In this document: positions 51,497 through 64,000 of the stretch, piece after piece
Layout of the letters: each line of letters begins with the position of its first letter
How positions within the stretch are numbered: the stretch's first letter is position 1
DNA from: Octopus sinensis
Lineage: Eukaryota
Reading direction: 5' to 3'
DNA: 64,000 nt
Assembly (NCBI RefSeq): GCF_006345805.1
Contig: NC_043010.1
Location: forward strand, 16,368,001-16,432,000
Program-made: the position numbers and the translations under genes
The notes under the pieces: model-generated
Told to the model about the DNA's origin: nothing
What the model saw: only the letters and a program-made list of their open reading frames with translations
The model's database searches: none

Positions 51497-51762
51497 TTGT
51501 GGCCGTTGCCAGCGCCACTCCGTCTGGCCTCCGTGCCGGTGGCACGTAAAAAGCACCATCCGATCGTGGCCGTTCGCCAGCCTCGTCTGGCACCTGTGCC
51601 GGTGGCACGTAAAAAGCACCCACTACACTCAGAGAGTGGTTGGCGTTAGGAAGGGCATCCAGCTGTAGAAGCATTGCCAGATCAGACTGGGCCCAGACCC
51701 CAGTTGAACAGTCCAACCCATGCTAGCATGGAAAGCGGACGCTAAATGATGATGATGATGAT
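51497..51762 (+). mobile_element. GAT-tailed RTE-derived repeat copy
   Basis: Family core plus (gat)n tail. Confidence 0.75.
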
Positions 51763-52079
51763 TTTCAATGAACTGGTTGAGGTGCAGGAAATACGAAAAT
51801 TGTGATTTGTTTGAGAAATTGAATGTATTCCTAACTTTCGTTTTTAATTTTAAAAATATTTTGTAATGAGTTGCTTTTTGCATGCTTAAAAGTTTGTTTC
51901 TGAAGCATATTTTGTTCACTCTTTTACTTTTGAGTATAACATATAAATATGTACATCTTTTAAAACATTGTCATTTCATAAGCTTTTGTTGTTAAATCTT
52001 TAAATTAACAAACATTTATTCACAGGAAAGAAAATCACCATTCTGTTAAATCTGAATTGAAACCATTTGTGGGGAAAAC

Positions 52080-52660
52080 TTAGTTTTTGCAGTGTTGCGT
52101 CAATCAGCTCATTTGCATACGCAAGTCGCTGTAGGATCGACTACCTACGACTGGCTAGCGCGGATGCGCGTCTGCGCGCACCGGGTCCAGTCTCCACGAC
52201 TAGTACCGGAATAACATTCGTAAGACACGAATAAATTTAGTTGCACTTACTAGAATTTGAGGGTTTTCCAAGTGCCGACATCAATTGCACGTGAGACAAA
52301 TGGTATAATGTCTGTAGACGTCAATTTCAGCAAGGGTAGAAATTATATAAGCTTCATAACAGCTTCAAATAAAAGTGGAGAAGAGGCAAATTGCCTCGGA
52401 GTTGTTGAAACAACTTTGGCTTAATAGTCATAATGATTAAAATAATAGCAGGTTTAATGTCCATGCTCTATTAAATGCGATAGAAGGAGCAGCTGGAAAT
52501 TGTGTCGCCGACAGTTCAACGTCTTCGCCGCAATTAACTCTGAACTTGGCCGGAAGTTGAGGTTTGAGTCTTCGCAACACGAACCTGAACGGGTCTGTCT
52601 CAAAGAACCAACTCGTGCTTACTGTAAAAATAATAAATTTATCGTGTCTTACTACAACCT
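52080..52660. promoter_or_regulatory. CpG-rich candidate promoter
   Basis: Local CpG enrichment, octamer ATTTGCAT (~52110), GCGCGTCTGCGCGCA (NRF1-like), CCGGAAGT (ETS, ~52550) and ACTACAA (~52651). Motif-only evidence. Confidence 0.35.
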
Positions 52661-52944
52661 TCTCAGACTCTCCAATATTTTAAATTATAAACAAACAATC
52701 GGGGACAGGGAGAGTGGTTGCAAAAAAATACTAATGTTTCAATTTTTTTTTATAGCATATAAATGTATTTACGGAGAGAAAAAATATTCTTTTCTACTCT
52801 AGGCACAAGGCCCGAAATGTTTGGGGAGGGTGCCAGTCGATTAGATCGAGCCCGAAAGGATGAAAGGCAAAGTCAACCACGGCGATGGAGAGAAAAATAT
52901 TGAAAAACATCTATACATTCAAGAGTGAGAAAGAAACGATGAGG

Positions 52945-53345
52945 GTTAAGTTAAGTTAAGTTAATTTTTTGGCTCAAAAAGCAAAAAGCAAGGCCATGTA
53001 GGGGGACATGGAGTTATGTACAGGGAGGGTGTTCATGCAAAGAGTTCAGGCCATTTCTGGTCAAGAGAGACTTTGAATCGAGCGGTCGTCGGTATCTTCA
53101 CTATCTCGTCCGGCAGCTTATTCCACGGATCCGCAACCCGGACGGAGAAAGCCCCTCTCCTTCGATTGAGATGAAATCGTCGCAGATACAGCTTTTCGGA
53201 GTGACCCCGCAGCCGACGCTCTGGAGCAGGAGTAAAGAACAGCTCTTTCGAGAGGTTACACTTTCCGCTTATGATGTTGTGAGCAAGAATGAGATCACCA
53301 CGGCGTCGTCGATGTGCTAGAAACAACAGCCAAATCTCTCTTAAA
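52945..53345 (-). mobile_element. CR1-clade LINE 3' end with a (TTAAC)n tail
   Basis: RRRRGDLILAHNII...RGHSEKL...FSVRVADPWNKLP...FKVSLD. Confidence 0.85.
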
Positions 53346-53769
53346 TCACTCACTTTTTCCTCTGAAAATATTGACTTATTTTTTAAATATTTTTTATCGA
53401 AAAAACTCCTCCATGGTTTTCAAGTGCAAAAAAATTGGCCCAAATCTGTCCGGAGTGGCGGGGGGCGTACAAAAAGGTTTTTAAACTTTTTTTTTTCCTA
53501 AAAAGATACCCCACCCCCATAACTTCGAAGGCTGTGGTTAAAAAAGAAAATGGGAAGAATCTCCGTCTGACCTTGTAGTTCCAACTTACTTGGTCTTCCT
53601 GATCCGAAACTCCTCTCATCACCTCCTCGGAAAAACTTTTCCCCACATAGATTACAATCGTAATCTATGCCGTTTGAAAGGTATTTATTCTTTTATATGT
53701 TTCAGTCTTGAGGCTGCGGCCATGTTGGGGCACCGCCATTGTAACCACCTTTTAATTGGCCAATTCTAT

Positions 53770-54120
53770 GGGTTTAGCTTCTGGTGAAGGAGCGAGTTCG
53801 ATATCGCTGCCGTCTTTTGAGTTTCCTGCCTTGATATTGGTTCATCTGGGATCTTGGATAGTAAGAGGTCAAGTTGTTTCTTGAAAACATCGACTCCCAC
53901 TCCATAGAAGTCCCTGAGATGTTTTGGCAATGAGTTAAATAGCTGTGGGCCCTTGAATCCCCAGCTTTTGCAGTGCATGGTCCTCGCCCTAGATGAAACA
54001 GCTGGGACTTTTGGAACAGTGCAGTGACATCCATTTTGAGTTCTGGTATAACTCAGTTCCAAGGTTTGGCGCCAGCCCCTCCAGTATCTTCCATACGTAT
54101 GTCACTGCGTACCTCTCCCT
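53770..54120 (-). mobile_element. Second CR1-like LINE 3' fragment
   Basis: YAVTYVWKILEGLAPN and GPQLFNSLPKHLR...FKKQLD. Confidence 0.75.
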
Positions 54121-54781
54121 TTGTAAAAGATTTCATTAAAAGAAATCCATTTTCCTGAAAGTTATGAGGGAAAACAGTCGGATCGTGTGAATTTTCCCAA
54201 ACTCCTCTATCCACCCCCTCGGAAAAATTCTTTCAGATAAACCCCTTTATATTCTAAATCTAAGCTGTATTTGTTCAAAATTTCGTTAAAAAGTATCCAT
54301 TTTTCTGAAAGTTATGAGTAAGTGTGGGGTTCATATCTGTAGTTATGCAGCAAAGTCGACGTTATTAAATAAATGTTTTAGAGGAATTCTCTTTTAAGGA
54401 TTCCATATAACCCCCCACATTTTGTATTTTATGAAGTTTCTCTGTCACTCTCGTATGTATTGATGTTTTACAATATTTTTGTAGCAATGACGATGGTGGG
54501 GGGAATCATAACTTAAGATGGGTTATTTCCCTTGATTGCGATCATGGACCAAATTCGAATTATCTCCCTTAAACTATATTTTGTTCCCAGCAATTTTGGA
54601 ACAATTGATTTAGTCCACTTGAGGGTGCTTCTAATTATATAACCATTGTTTTATTCCCATTACAGCAATAAAGCAGTTACCTTTTCGCCTGCGGCTGTTA
54701 TTTTACATAATACGCCATGTTTGATCCATAACAGTTACTCTTTTCAAAGATGCTTTCTGCATTTTAACGACACCAGTATTA

Positions 54782-55199
54782 GGATCTTTTCGGTTTGAAT
54801 GGCAGTTTTTAACATAATTTCTAGGTAACTAAACACTTTTAAACTTCGTATACTGGTAGAATGTGTTTATAAGACATCTTTTTCTTTTGGCTTTATTGAG
54901 AAAATTCTATGGTTTTTAAGATATTTGTTGTTGTTTTTTCTTCAATTTCTGCAATTTCAACCAATCAGTGACGTCTATTGAGTTAAAAAGCATTCTGTGC
55001 CGTATGAATATGTCCCTCGTTTAAGAAACAGATTGGGTTTATTTACATTTGCGAAGAAAAAAAAGATACCCTTCCCCCAACCCTAACCCTAACCGTAAAA
55101 GAGATTGAAATGCAATAGATCGATTCTAGGGTCATAATTATGGGTGACAATTTCATATGACACCACTAGAAAAAACTGCCGTTCAAACTGAAAAGATCC
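54782..55199. mobile_element. Merlin-like MITE (418-bp family)
   Basis: Full TIRs GGATC...GATCC; no TSD recognisable. Confidence 0.8.
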
Positions 55200-56034
55200 A
55201 AAAAGGGGAAATTTTAGGATTTGTGGGGAGGGGTGGGTTAAGGAAGGGAAAACAAAATTATTTTTTTCATAATCATATGAATTCCCACATATAGAAGGCA
55301 AATTTGCAAATATTTTCTAAAAATTCCATAAGTAAAAGACAGGGTACAGGTTTGTAAGTAGACATATCGACATGCACGCACGTGCAAAATATACATTTTA
55401 AACACATAGACACATACAAACGATACACAAACAACCATACACACACATACACAAATACAGAGACAAATTCGTGTGCAGATAAGGATACACAGCACAAAAA
55501 GACGAAATGGATTGAACAGAATAGGAGGCAACACATGTGATGGAGAGTCATGGAGGAGGTGACAGGGTTTGTGATGAAAAAAATGTCAGACAAAGGACGC
55601 TAAAATAATAAAAATAAAGCATGAAACTACCAGTCGGTCTTTTGATTGTGTATTAAATTGATATTTATCTGTCACTGGATGGAGTAAAAAATTTTTTGTT
55701 GATATATATATATATATATATATTAGATCTATAAAGTATATATATGTAAAGATATATAGATAATAGATAAACAGAGAGAGAAAAGGAGATAGGCAGGTGA
55801 GTGGGTGCAAGTGTGCCTGTGATAGGGAGTTTGCTTTTCAACTATGTCATTCTGGGTTCAATCTCACTGTATGGCACCTTGGGCAAATATCTTTCTCCAT
55901 AGTCTTGGGCCAACCAAAGTGTTTTGAATGCATTTGGCAGACAGAAACTAAAAGAAGTTCATCATCTGTGTGTGTGTGTATATATATATGTGTGTGTATA
56001 TACACATGATATGCTTCTTTCAGTTTATTTATAC

Positions 56035-56400
56035 ATCATGATCTTCATCATTTAATGTCTGCTTTCCATGCTGGCATGAGTTGGACGGTTTGACTGACAA
56101 TCGGTAAGGTGGGGGACTGCACCAAGTTCCAATCTGGTCTGGCAAGTTTTCCTCAGCTGGATGCCCTTCCTAACGCCAACCACTCTGAGAGTGTAGTGGG
56201 TGTTTTCACATGCTGGTGGCACAGGTGCCATTGATTTGACACTGGCATCGGCCAGAGTTACAATCTGATTCGGCTTGACAGGTCAACACAAACATGGTAT
56301 ATCGCCTGTCACTACCTCTATGAGGCTCAATGCTTGAAGGGTGCTCTTTATGTGCCACTGGCACAGATGCCAATCAAATGGCACTGGTGTGTGTATATGT
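56035..56400 (-). mobile_element. Diverged GAT-tailed RTE-derived repeat
   Basis: tttaatgtctgctttccatgctggcatg...ctggatgcccttcctaacgccaaccactc. Confidence 0.65.
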
Positions 56401-56589
56401 ATGCGAATGTGCTGCTGTCTTTTTGCCTTGACTCTGTGTGATAGTCGTAAACGAGTGTCACTTTCATACAAGCAGTGTGCTTTGTTCCCATTCTTCCATG
56501 TAAACATATCCTGCTAGGAAAATATGAAATATCACCTTGATTGGAAATGCATTTTCTGCTTTGGATGTTTAGTAAGATCACAGCTGAAA

Positions 56590-57490
<901 letters not shown>

Positions 57491-57904
57491 CTGTATCAAT
57501 ATTAAGATTTATTACAAGATGGCAACAATTTTGACTATTTTGTCTACTAAAAGACAGGGTTTTCTATCTCTTCAAATTTAATGTTATCAACTTCAGTTTC
57601 ACCAATGTCAATCTCAATATCATTGTATATATGTAAATACATTGACACAGCGATGACTTTGATTTCTGAAGATGATTGTGCTGGATTTTGGGGGAATTTG
57701 GGATTAGAGAATAAAGAGATGGGAATAAATGAATAAATGGTTAAACTGACATTGATTTTGTCGTTGTTATCATCATCATCATCATCATCATTATCATCAT
57801 CCTTTAGCGATATTTTTTTATATGCTGGCATGGATAGGACAATGTGTTATGAGCTGGCATGCTGCACCAGGTTCCAGTCTGATTTGGTTGGGTTTCTTTG
57901 GAGG

Positions 57905-57952
<48 letters not shown>

Positions 57953-58049
57953 TATATTTTATATAATTGGGGTTCAGCAAAAAAATTTGCTTTACCACAA
58001 ACCGAATTTTTAGAAATAGCAGCCAAAAAATTTTATTGACTAATATTAC

Positions 58050-58255
58050 TCTCTTTTACTCTTTTACTCTTTTACTTGTTTCAGTCAGTTGACTGCGGCC
58101 ATGCTGGAGCACCGGCTTTAGTCGAGCAAATCGACACCGGGACTTATTCTTTGTAAGCCCAGTACTTATTCTATCGGTCTCTTTTGCCGAACCGCTAAGT
58201 GACAGGGACATAAACACACCAGCATCAGTTGTCAAGCAATGTTAGGGGGACAAAC
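58050..58255 (-). mobile_element. 3' half of the major tRNA-derived SINE
   Basis: Reverse complement of ~58600-58810. Confidence 0.8.
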
Positions 58256-58286
<31 letters not shown>

Positions 58287-58389
58287 TCAATTAAATCAAG
58301 GATATAAAATCCTCTTAAAGGGATGTCAACATCCATCCAAATTCGCCAGAATTAAAGAAAAAAGGACTCATTATATTGAATATTATCGA

Positions 58390-58810
58390 TAGGCGCAGGA
58401 GTGGCTGTGTGGTAAGTAGCTTGCTAACCAACCACACGGTTCCGGGTTCAGTCCCACTGCGTGGCATCTTGGGCAAGTGTCTTCTGCTATAGCCCCGGGC
58501 CGACCGATGCCTTGTGAGTGGATTTGGTAGACGGAAACTGAAAGAAGCCTGTCGTATATATGTATATATATATGTATATGTGTGTGTGTGTGTGGGTTTG
58601 TGTGTCTGTGTTTGTCCCCCTAGCATTGCTTGACAACCGATGCTGGTGTGTTTACGTCCCCGTCACTTAGCGGTTCGGCAAAAAGAGACCGATAGAATAA
58701 GTACTGGGCTTACAAGTCCCGGGGGTCGATTTGCTCGATTAAAGGCGGTGCTGCAGCATGGTCGCAGTCAAATGACTGAAACAAGGAAAAGGGTAAAAGA
58801 GTAAAGATAG
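58390..58810 (+). mobile_element. Full-length tRNA-derived SINE (major family)
   Basis: Head GGCGCAGGAGTGGCTGTGTGGTAAG...GGTTCAGTCCCA with A/B boxes, a central (TA/TG)n tract, and a tail AAAAGGGTAAAAGAGTAAAG. Confidence 0.85.
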
Positions 58811-58989
58811 TATCGAGTGGAAATATAGGGCACTACAGTTCTGCAGTGCCTATACACAAGCCACCACTGTATCTGCCTAAATACCAAAATACATCTATAC
58901 TTACACACACGTACACAAACGTACATAAGTTTCAACATAGGGATTATTTGGGGAACTTCCGTTAAACGAAAACCTGGACTTAATGGCAT

Positions 58990-59228
58990 TCAATTGGCGT
59001 ATCAAGTTTCGGGCATTTTGATTGGGTTTTGGATAGAAAATTCACAAAAATGTTACTTCTATTGATCTTTTAATGGCTTTGCGGGGTGACTAGGGAAATG
59101 TAAAGATGTGCACGACCACCCTTGGACGGTTTTGAATGACCATAGAAAGTGCGAGCTCTCTAACTGAAAAATTGTGGATTTGTATAAAGGACACACACAC
59201 AGACATTTTGCCGTTTATATATAGAGAG
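58990..59228 (+). mobile_element. Helentron-like non-autonomous element, 3' part
   Basis: Ends ...acacacacagacattttgccgtttatatatagagagat, a layout similar to 36759-37065. Confidence 0.4.
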
Positions 59229-59744
59229 ATATGCAAGTTTTTTCTCAAATTCAGCGTCTTTTAATCATTATAGTTCTCTAATTGCAGGGATGGAGTTTTG
59301 TTTGTTAGAAAACAGTTCCATCTTTTTAATTAGAATTTCAATAATTACGAAAAACAAAAGATGAAAGAAGAAATGACAAAATAGATTTTTTTAAAAGGTG
59401 GGGGAGGGGGGAGCCAATACAGAGACCACAGATGCATATCCATCCCGAACAGAAGTTCGCATTTGACACCTCATTTGAATATTCAAATTACTTGTGTTAC
59501 ACAAATGAGCCAAAACAGCCAGCTGGCAGCTAACAAGAAACTGCATGCTAGACAGTCAGTCAGACAGACAAACAAGACAACAGATCAACTAGCAGACAGA
59601 CAGACAGACACGCATTTGAAGACAGGTTGACTATTAGAGAGATGGAGAAACAGACAATTCTGTTGACTGAGGGTGAAAAGACATGTAAATGAAGTGTTAG
59701 ACACATAACTCAAGGAAGTTGAAAATTACGGAATATTTCAAACA

Positions 59745-60050
59745 GTTCTGTGTGTGGTTGCGTGGTAAGAAGTTCGTTTCCCAACCACATGGTTCCGAGT
59801 TCAGTCCCACTGCGTGACACTTTGGGCTAGTGTCTTCTATTAATAGCCTTGGGCCGACCACAGCCTTGTGAAGTGGGTTTGGTAGGCGGAAACTGAAAGA
59901 AACCCGTCGTATATATCTTTTAATTTTTTAGTTGAACGAATCGATCTGAGTACTTATTTTTTTTTTTGAAAGCCTGGTAGTTATTCTATCGTTCACGTTT
60001 GTCAAACCACTAAGTTACTGACACCAGTTGTCATGCGGTGGTGGGAGACA
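59745..60050 (+). mobile_element. Diverged major-family SINE
   Basis: ggttccgagttcagtcccactgcgtgacactttgggctagtgtcttct. Confidence 0.6.
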
Positions 60051-60605
60051 AACGCAGACTCACACACATTCGTGTAAAGTCATGCTTAACACTTTCGACT
60101 GTAAACGAACGGGATAAAGCTTAGCGATGCAAGAGTAGTCCTAGAAGACAATTCTCCACTTCGATTTGTGTATGACCATTGTGTTCATACACATGGATTG
60201 TGAGTGACATCATTAAATCGTAGGACGCGCATCTCTGGGTCGTTCCGCTTCGTCTGCTGCGAAAACTAAGTCGCTTACAGCACAATAAATATCAAGTTAT
60301 ACTTATGAAAACAACAGACGGGACATCTGCTGGTATGGGGATGGCTTGGGTCTGGCTGGAATTAAATGATTAATGTCACACGAAGCAACACTTTGAGTAA
60401 GATGTATTCGAATAAAGTCACGTCTAACACGTTCGACTGTAATCGGCCGTGCATTGAGACAAGTAAGTGGAAAATTGTCTTGCAAGTGACAAAGGTGGAC
60501 TGATTCGCTTCGCTGGTCAGGATAGGACGAAGGTTCTAGAGAAGAGCTATGATGGGGATGACGGGGGAGGAGGAAGAGACACGAAGAGGGAATTGGAAGA
60601 AGGAG

Positions 60606-60906
60606 AAGCGAGAGGAGGTGAAAAGGATGAAGTGAGAGGGGGGATGAAGCGAGAGGAGGTGAAAAGGATGAAGTGAGAGGGGGGGATGAAGCGAGAGGAG
60701 GTGAAAAGGATGAAGTGAGAGGGGGGATGAAGCGAGAGGAGGTGAAAAGGATGAAGTGACAGGGGGGGATGAAGCGAGAGGAGGTGAAAAGGATGAAGTG
60801 AGAGGGGGCGATAAAGCGAGAGGAAGTGAAAAGGATGAAGTGACAGGGGGGGATGAAGCGAGAGGAGGTGAAAAGGATGAAGTGAGGGGGGGATGAAGCG
60901 AGAGGA
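60606..60906 (+). repeat. Purine-rich minisatellite, ~41-42-bp unit, 7 full copies plus a partial
   Basis: Unit aagcgagaggaggtgaaaaggatgaagtgagaggggggatg recurs about every 41-42 bp. Confidence 0.9.
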
Positions 60907-61365
60907 AGAAATAAGAAACGTGTTATGTATGTGCGCGTGTGTGTTAGAGAGAGAGAGAGAGAGAGAGGAAGGAGGAGGAGAAGGGGAGAAGACGTAGAAG
61001 AAAGATGTTTACAGAATATAGAAAAAGGGTAGAAGGAGAAGGAGGTGGAGTAAAGAGTGATTTGGGAGGAGTGAAGAGGGAGAGGGAGAGAAATAGAGAT
61101 GAGTCTGCTATAAGAGATATTCACGCTCAGATGGGGAACAAATATGCAAATGGCGAAAGGCGTTGCGTTCACTAAATGGGCGGGGCCAAGTTGAAGATAA
61201 CGAAAAGGAGATGAAAAGAAAAGAGGAAAGAATTAGAGAGAGAAACAGGAAAGAAAGAGAGAAGAGGGAGAGAGAATTCGAATGGAAATGGTTTGGTTTC
61301 TCTTTCCATGAACTCACAAAATATAAACAAAATGGAAGCTGGAGGTTCTGTGTAGGTGAAGATTT

Positions 61366-61775
61366 GGATCTTTTCGGTTTGAACGGCAGTTTTTAACATA
61401 ATTTCTAGGTAACTAAAAAATTTTAAACTTCGTATACTGGTAGAATGTGTTTATAAAACATCTTTTTCTCTTGGCTTTATTGAGAAAATTCTATAGTTTG
61501 TAAGATATCTGTTGTTTTTTCTTCTTCAATTTCTGCAATTTCAACCAATCAATGACCTTCATTGAGGTAAAAACATTCTGTGCCGTATGAATATGTCCCT
61601 CGTTTAAGAAACAGATTGGGTTTATTTACATTTGTGAAGAAAAAAGATACCATTCCCCCCACCCCTAACCCTAAAATAGATAGAAATGCAATAGATCGAT
61701 ACTAAGGTCATAATTATGGGTGACAATTTCACACGACACCGCTAGAAAAAACTGCCGTTCAAACTGAAAAGATCC
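61366..61775. mobile_element. Merlin-like MITE (418-bp family)
   Basis: Full TIRs; no TSD recognisable. Confidence 0.8.
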
Positions 61776-62117
61776 TTCAAATTCACCACAGCTGCGCAAT
61801 AATATGTAGTATGGATGTATGATTGGTTAAAAAAAGCCGTTTTACGATAACCTAGTCCTGGATTCGATCCCACTCAAAAAGCAACTTGTGTATCTTTATT
61901 GTAGCCATGAGTTGTTCACACACACACACACACACACATCGCAGAACTGTATAATATACATTTTTACTCAGCCAATATTAGGGTGTGTATACTACATCAG
62001 TACTTCTCAAATTATTTGATGTGGCGTACTGGCAGTTTTTTTTTTTACCAATGTGCCAGGGACCGGTAATATTTCTTAGTAATATTCATTTATACCGGAA
62101 ATAATATATTTAATCTG

Positions 62118-62364
62118 TTGTGTCTGGGGAGAGTCATTATCTTTTGGTGCCTTATAATTTAACACACTCACCGGTAAAATTTCCACTTATTTCTTATTTA
62201 TATTTTCCTAAAACTTTCGTTGCGTCTTGCAACCTTTTCAAGAGTCAAGACTCTTGAAAAAAAGGCAACGAAAGTTTTAGGAAAATAAGAAATAAGTGGA
62301 AATTTTACCGGTGGGTGTGTTGAATTATAAAGCACCAAAAGAAAATGACTCTCCCCAGACACAA
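62118..62364. repeat. Near-perfect ~247-bp palindrome (2-nt loop)
   Basis: Centre ttttcaagagtc-AA-gactcttgaaaa at 62247-62248; the arms mirror each other out to ttgtgtctgggg / ccccagacacaa. Confidence 0.85.
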
Positions 62365-62438
62365 TATGCTTCAACACACGAACTCACATAAAGAATCTTG
62401 CAAACCAAATCCAAAAACGAAATATATTTAATGAATAT

Positions 62439-63683
62439 TGTTACGGTTGGCTAGGTGCATTTCTGGTGACCCACATAGGAATAATGGCACCATAATGTCT
62501 AGTAGAAAAGTGACAGTCTTTTGTTTAATGGAGGACTAATGGGTTTTGGAATGACCTGTGACCTTGTGCGGGTGAATTAGGGGTCGCTCTGGACACCCCT
62601 TGAATATGTCGTGAGAGAGGATGAGGGGGCAGAGAGGGACAGGCAGAGAGTATGGTAGAGCTGTCAAGAGAGGGTAATAGGCAGCAGGCGATAGAGATAG
62701 GCAGTAAGAGAAAAGGGACAGATAGAGAGGGTAATAGGCAGCAGGTGATAGAGATAGGCAGTAAGATCAGAGAGCAGATAGAAAGGCTATAAGCAGTAAG
62801 GGACAGATTGAGAATAGAGATAGAGTATAAGGCTAAGAGAGCAGTTAGAAAGGGTATGAGCGATATAGACAGAGGGAGATGAGGTAGTGGAAGTCAGGAC
62901 GAGGAGGTGAGGTTTTGGGTAGTTCGCAGTTGGTCGTCAAGAAGGGGCAGTCGTTGAGCGGTCGTCGAAGAACACAGACGGATCTTGCGGTCGCTGGCCG
63001 GTCCTCGAAGAAGACAGACGGACCTTGGATTTAAGGGGCAGGCGTTGGAATTCTTAGGAGCAAGTTGGATGCGAGAAAGCTTGGCGGCACAGAAGGGAAT
63101 TAGCAGTATTCAGAGGAATTAGCAGTATTGAGAGGAATGGGACACTGGCAGATTCAATTAGGAATTGAGGTATGTGTTTGTGCATTGATATGTGTCACGG
63201 TGTATTGAACAGTGAAAAGAACAGTCAAGGACTCTGTCGATGTGGTCGATAAAGGACATTGTGAAGAAGAAGAGTAAAGGACTTGTTGATTGTGATGTTT
63301 AGGAAGAGACTTTAAAGAACTGTGTCTTGGGACGTGTACTCTTGAATTGTTACATGATGTTGTATTATGCTTTGAGTTGTACTCTTGAAATGCTGTTGTA
63401 TTATGTATTGAGTAGTCACGTGCATGCTTTGATGTATCTTGATGTTGTAACAATTGTAATTGTCGTATAAACTGTTGTTTGAATATAAGCCAGTGTTGCC
63501 AGTTGTTGCCTTGCCTCTCTTTGGGTTGTATCTCGGGTTGTGCCTCTGTATCTCTGTGCTGTTGAGGTTGTGGCAGTATCTATCTGCATCTCCTCTCTCC
63601 GCCTCTTTGGGTTCCGTGGCGGAAATTGTGTGTGCCGTTCGGGGCGAGCGACGACGACGGGCGATTCCGTCCGTTCCGTAACA
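62439..63683. mobile_element. Solo LTR (1245 bp, Ty3/Gypsy-like)
   Basis: Termini TGTTACGG...CCGTAACA with a 4-bp TSD ATAT (62435-62438 / 63684-63687). GC-richer than its flanks, with internal direct repeats and no retroelement ORF. Confidence 0.8.
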
Positions 63684-64000
63684 ATATGATAAAAGTTGAC
63701 AATTTTTTTTTATCTTATATTTATTTTGTAAACAAATAACACAATATTACATAAGCGTTTTATAGTGCTTCTTTCTTTTCTGGAAACTCGTCGAGTACCG
63801 GCGGCTGATCACCCGTAGACCGGCACCGGTCCGCGGGCCACCACTTTGAGTAGCACTGTACCACATAACATGCGCCGCAAAGTGTTTCCCCGTCTTTCAA
63901 AATCTCGTAATGAACGTCTTTCAAGTGCCAAACTACAGGACCATGTTTACAAAGAAACGTCCACACATCTTTTTTTTTTTTTTTATCCTTGTTTGATTTG

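Larger units (their letters stand above)
61998..63858. mobile_element. hAT-type MITE expanded by nested insertions
   Basis: TIR CAGTACTTCTCAAA / TTTGAGTAGCACTG (12/14), with 8-bp flanks tactacat (61990-61997) / taccacat (63859-63866). Confidence 0.7.

Noticed and set aside
58390-58470. tRNA gene (also 44990-45101)
   Set aside because: A/B boxes are present but there is no cloverleaf, and the sequence continues into a SINE body repeated many times.
60303-61172. 289-aa minus-strand ORF
   Set aside because: Produced by a stop-poor pyrimidine-rich minisatellite.

Overview
Repeat-dense, AT-rich animal genomic DNA, most likely a coleoid cephalopod such as Octopus. This is an inference from the [13 protein letters not shown]-type C2H2 array and the SINE/LINE families; no database was searched. 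Most of the window is transposable-element debris and microsatellites: a decayed Ty3/Gypsy element inserted into a mariner transposase, a second full-length mariner relic, a maT-like transposase, RTE, CR1 and R4/Dong-type LINE pieces, a Helitron helicase fragment, tRNA-derived SINEs, a solo LTR nested in a hAT MITE, and at least 7 loci of GGATC...GATCC MITEs, several with 8-bp target-site duplications (Merlin-like). Host-gene signal is limited to one candidate Ser/Thr/Pro-rich internal exon (~28.9-29.6 kb), a frameshifted C2H2 zinc-finger array (~56.6-57.5 kb) and a possible promoter (~52.1-52.7 kb). The most unusual signal is several distinct families of degenerate type I hammerhead-ribozyme-like motifs in inverted-repeat (Penelope-like) elements. 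One of these brackets an extremely AT-rich insert whose translation resembles leucine-rich repeats. All calls were made by eye; ends are approximate unless a TSD or TIR is quoted.
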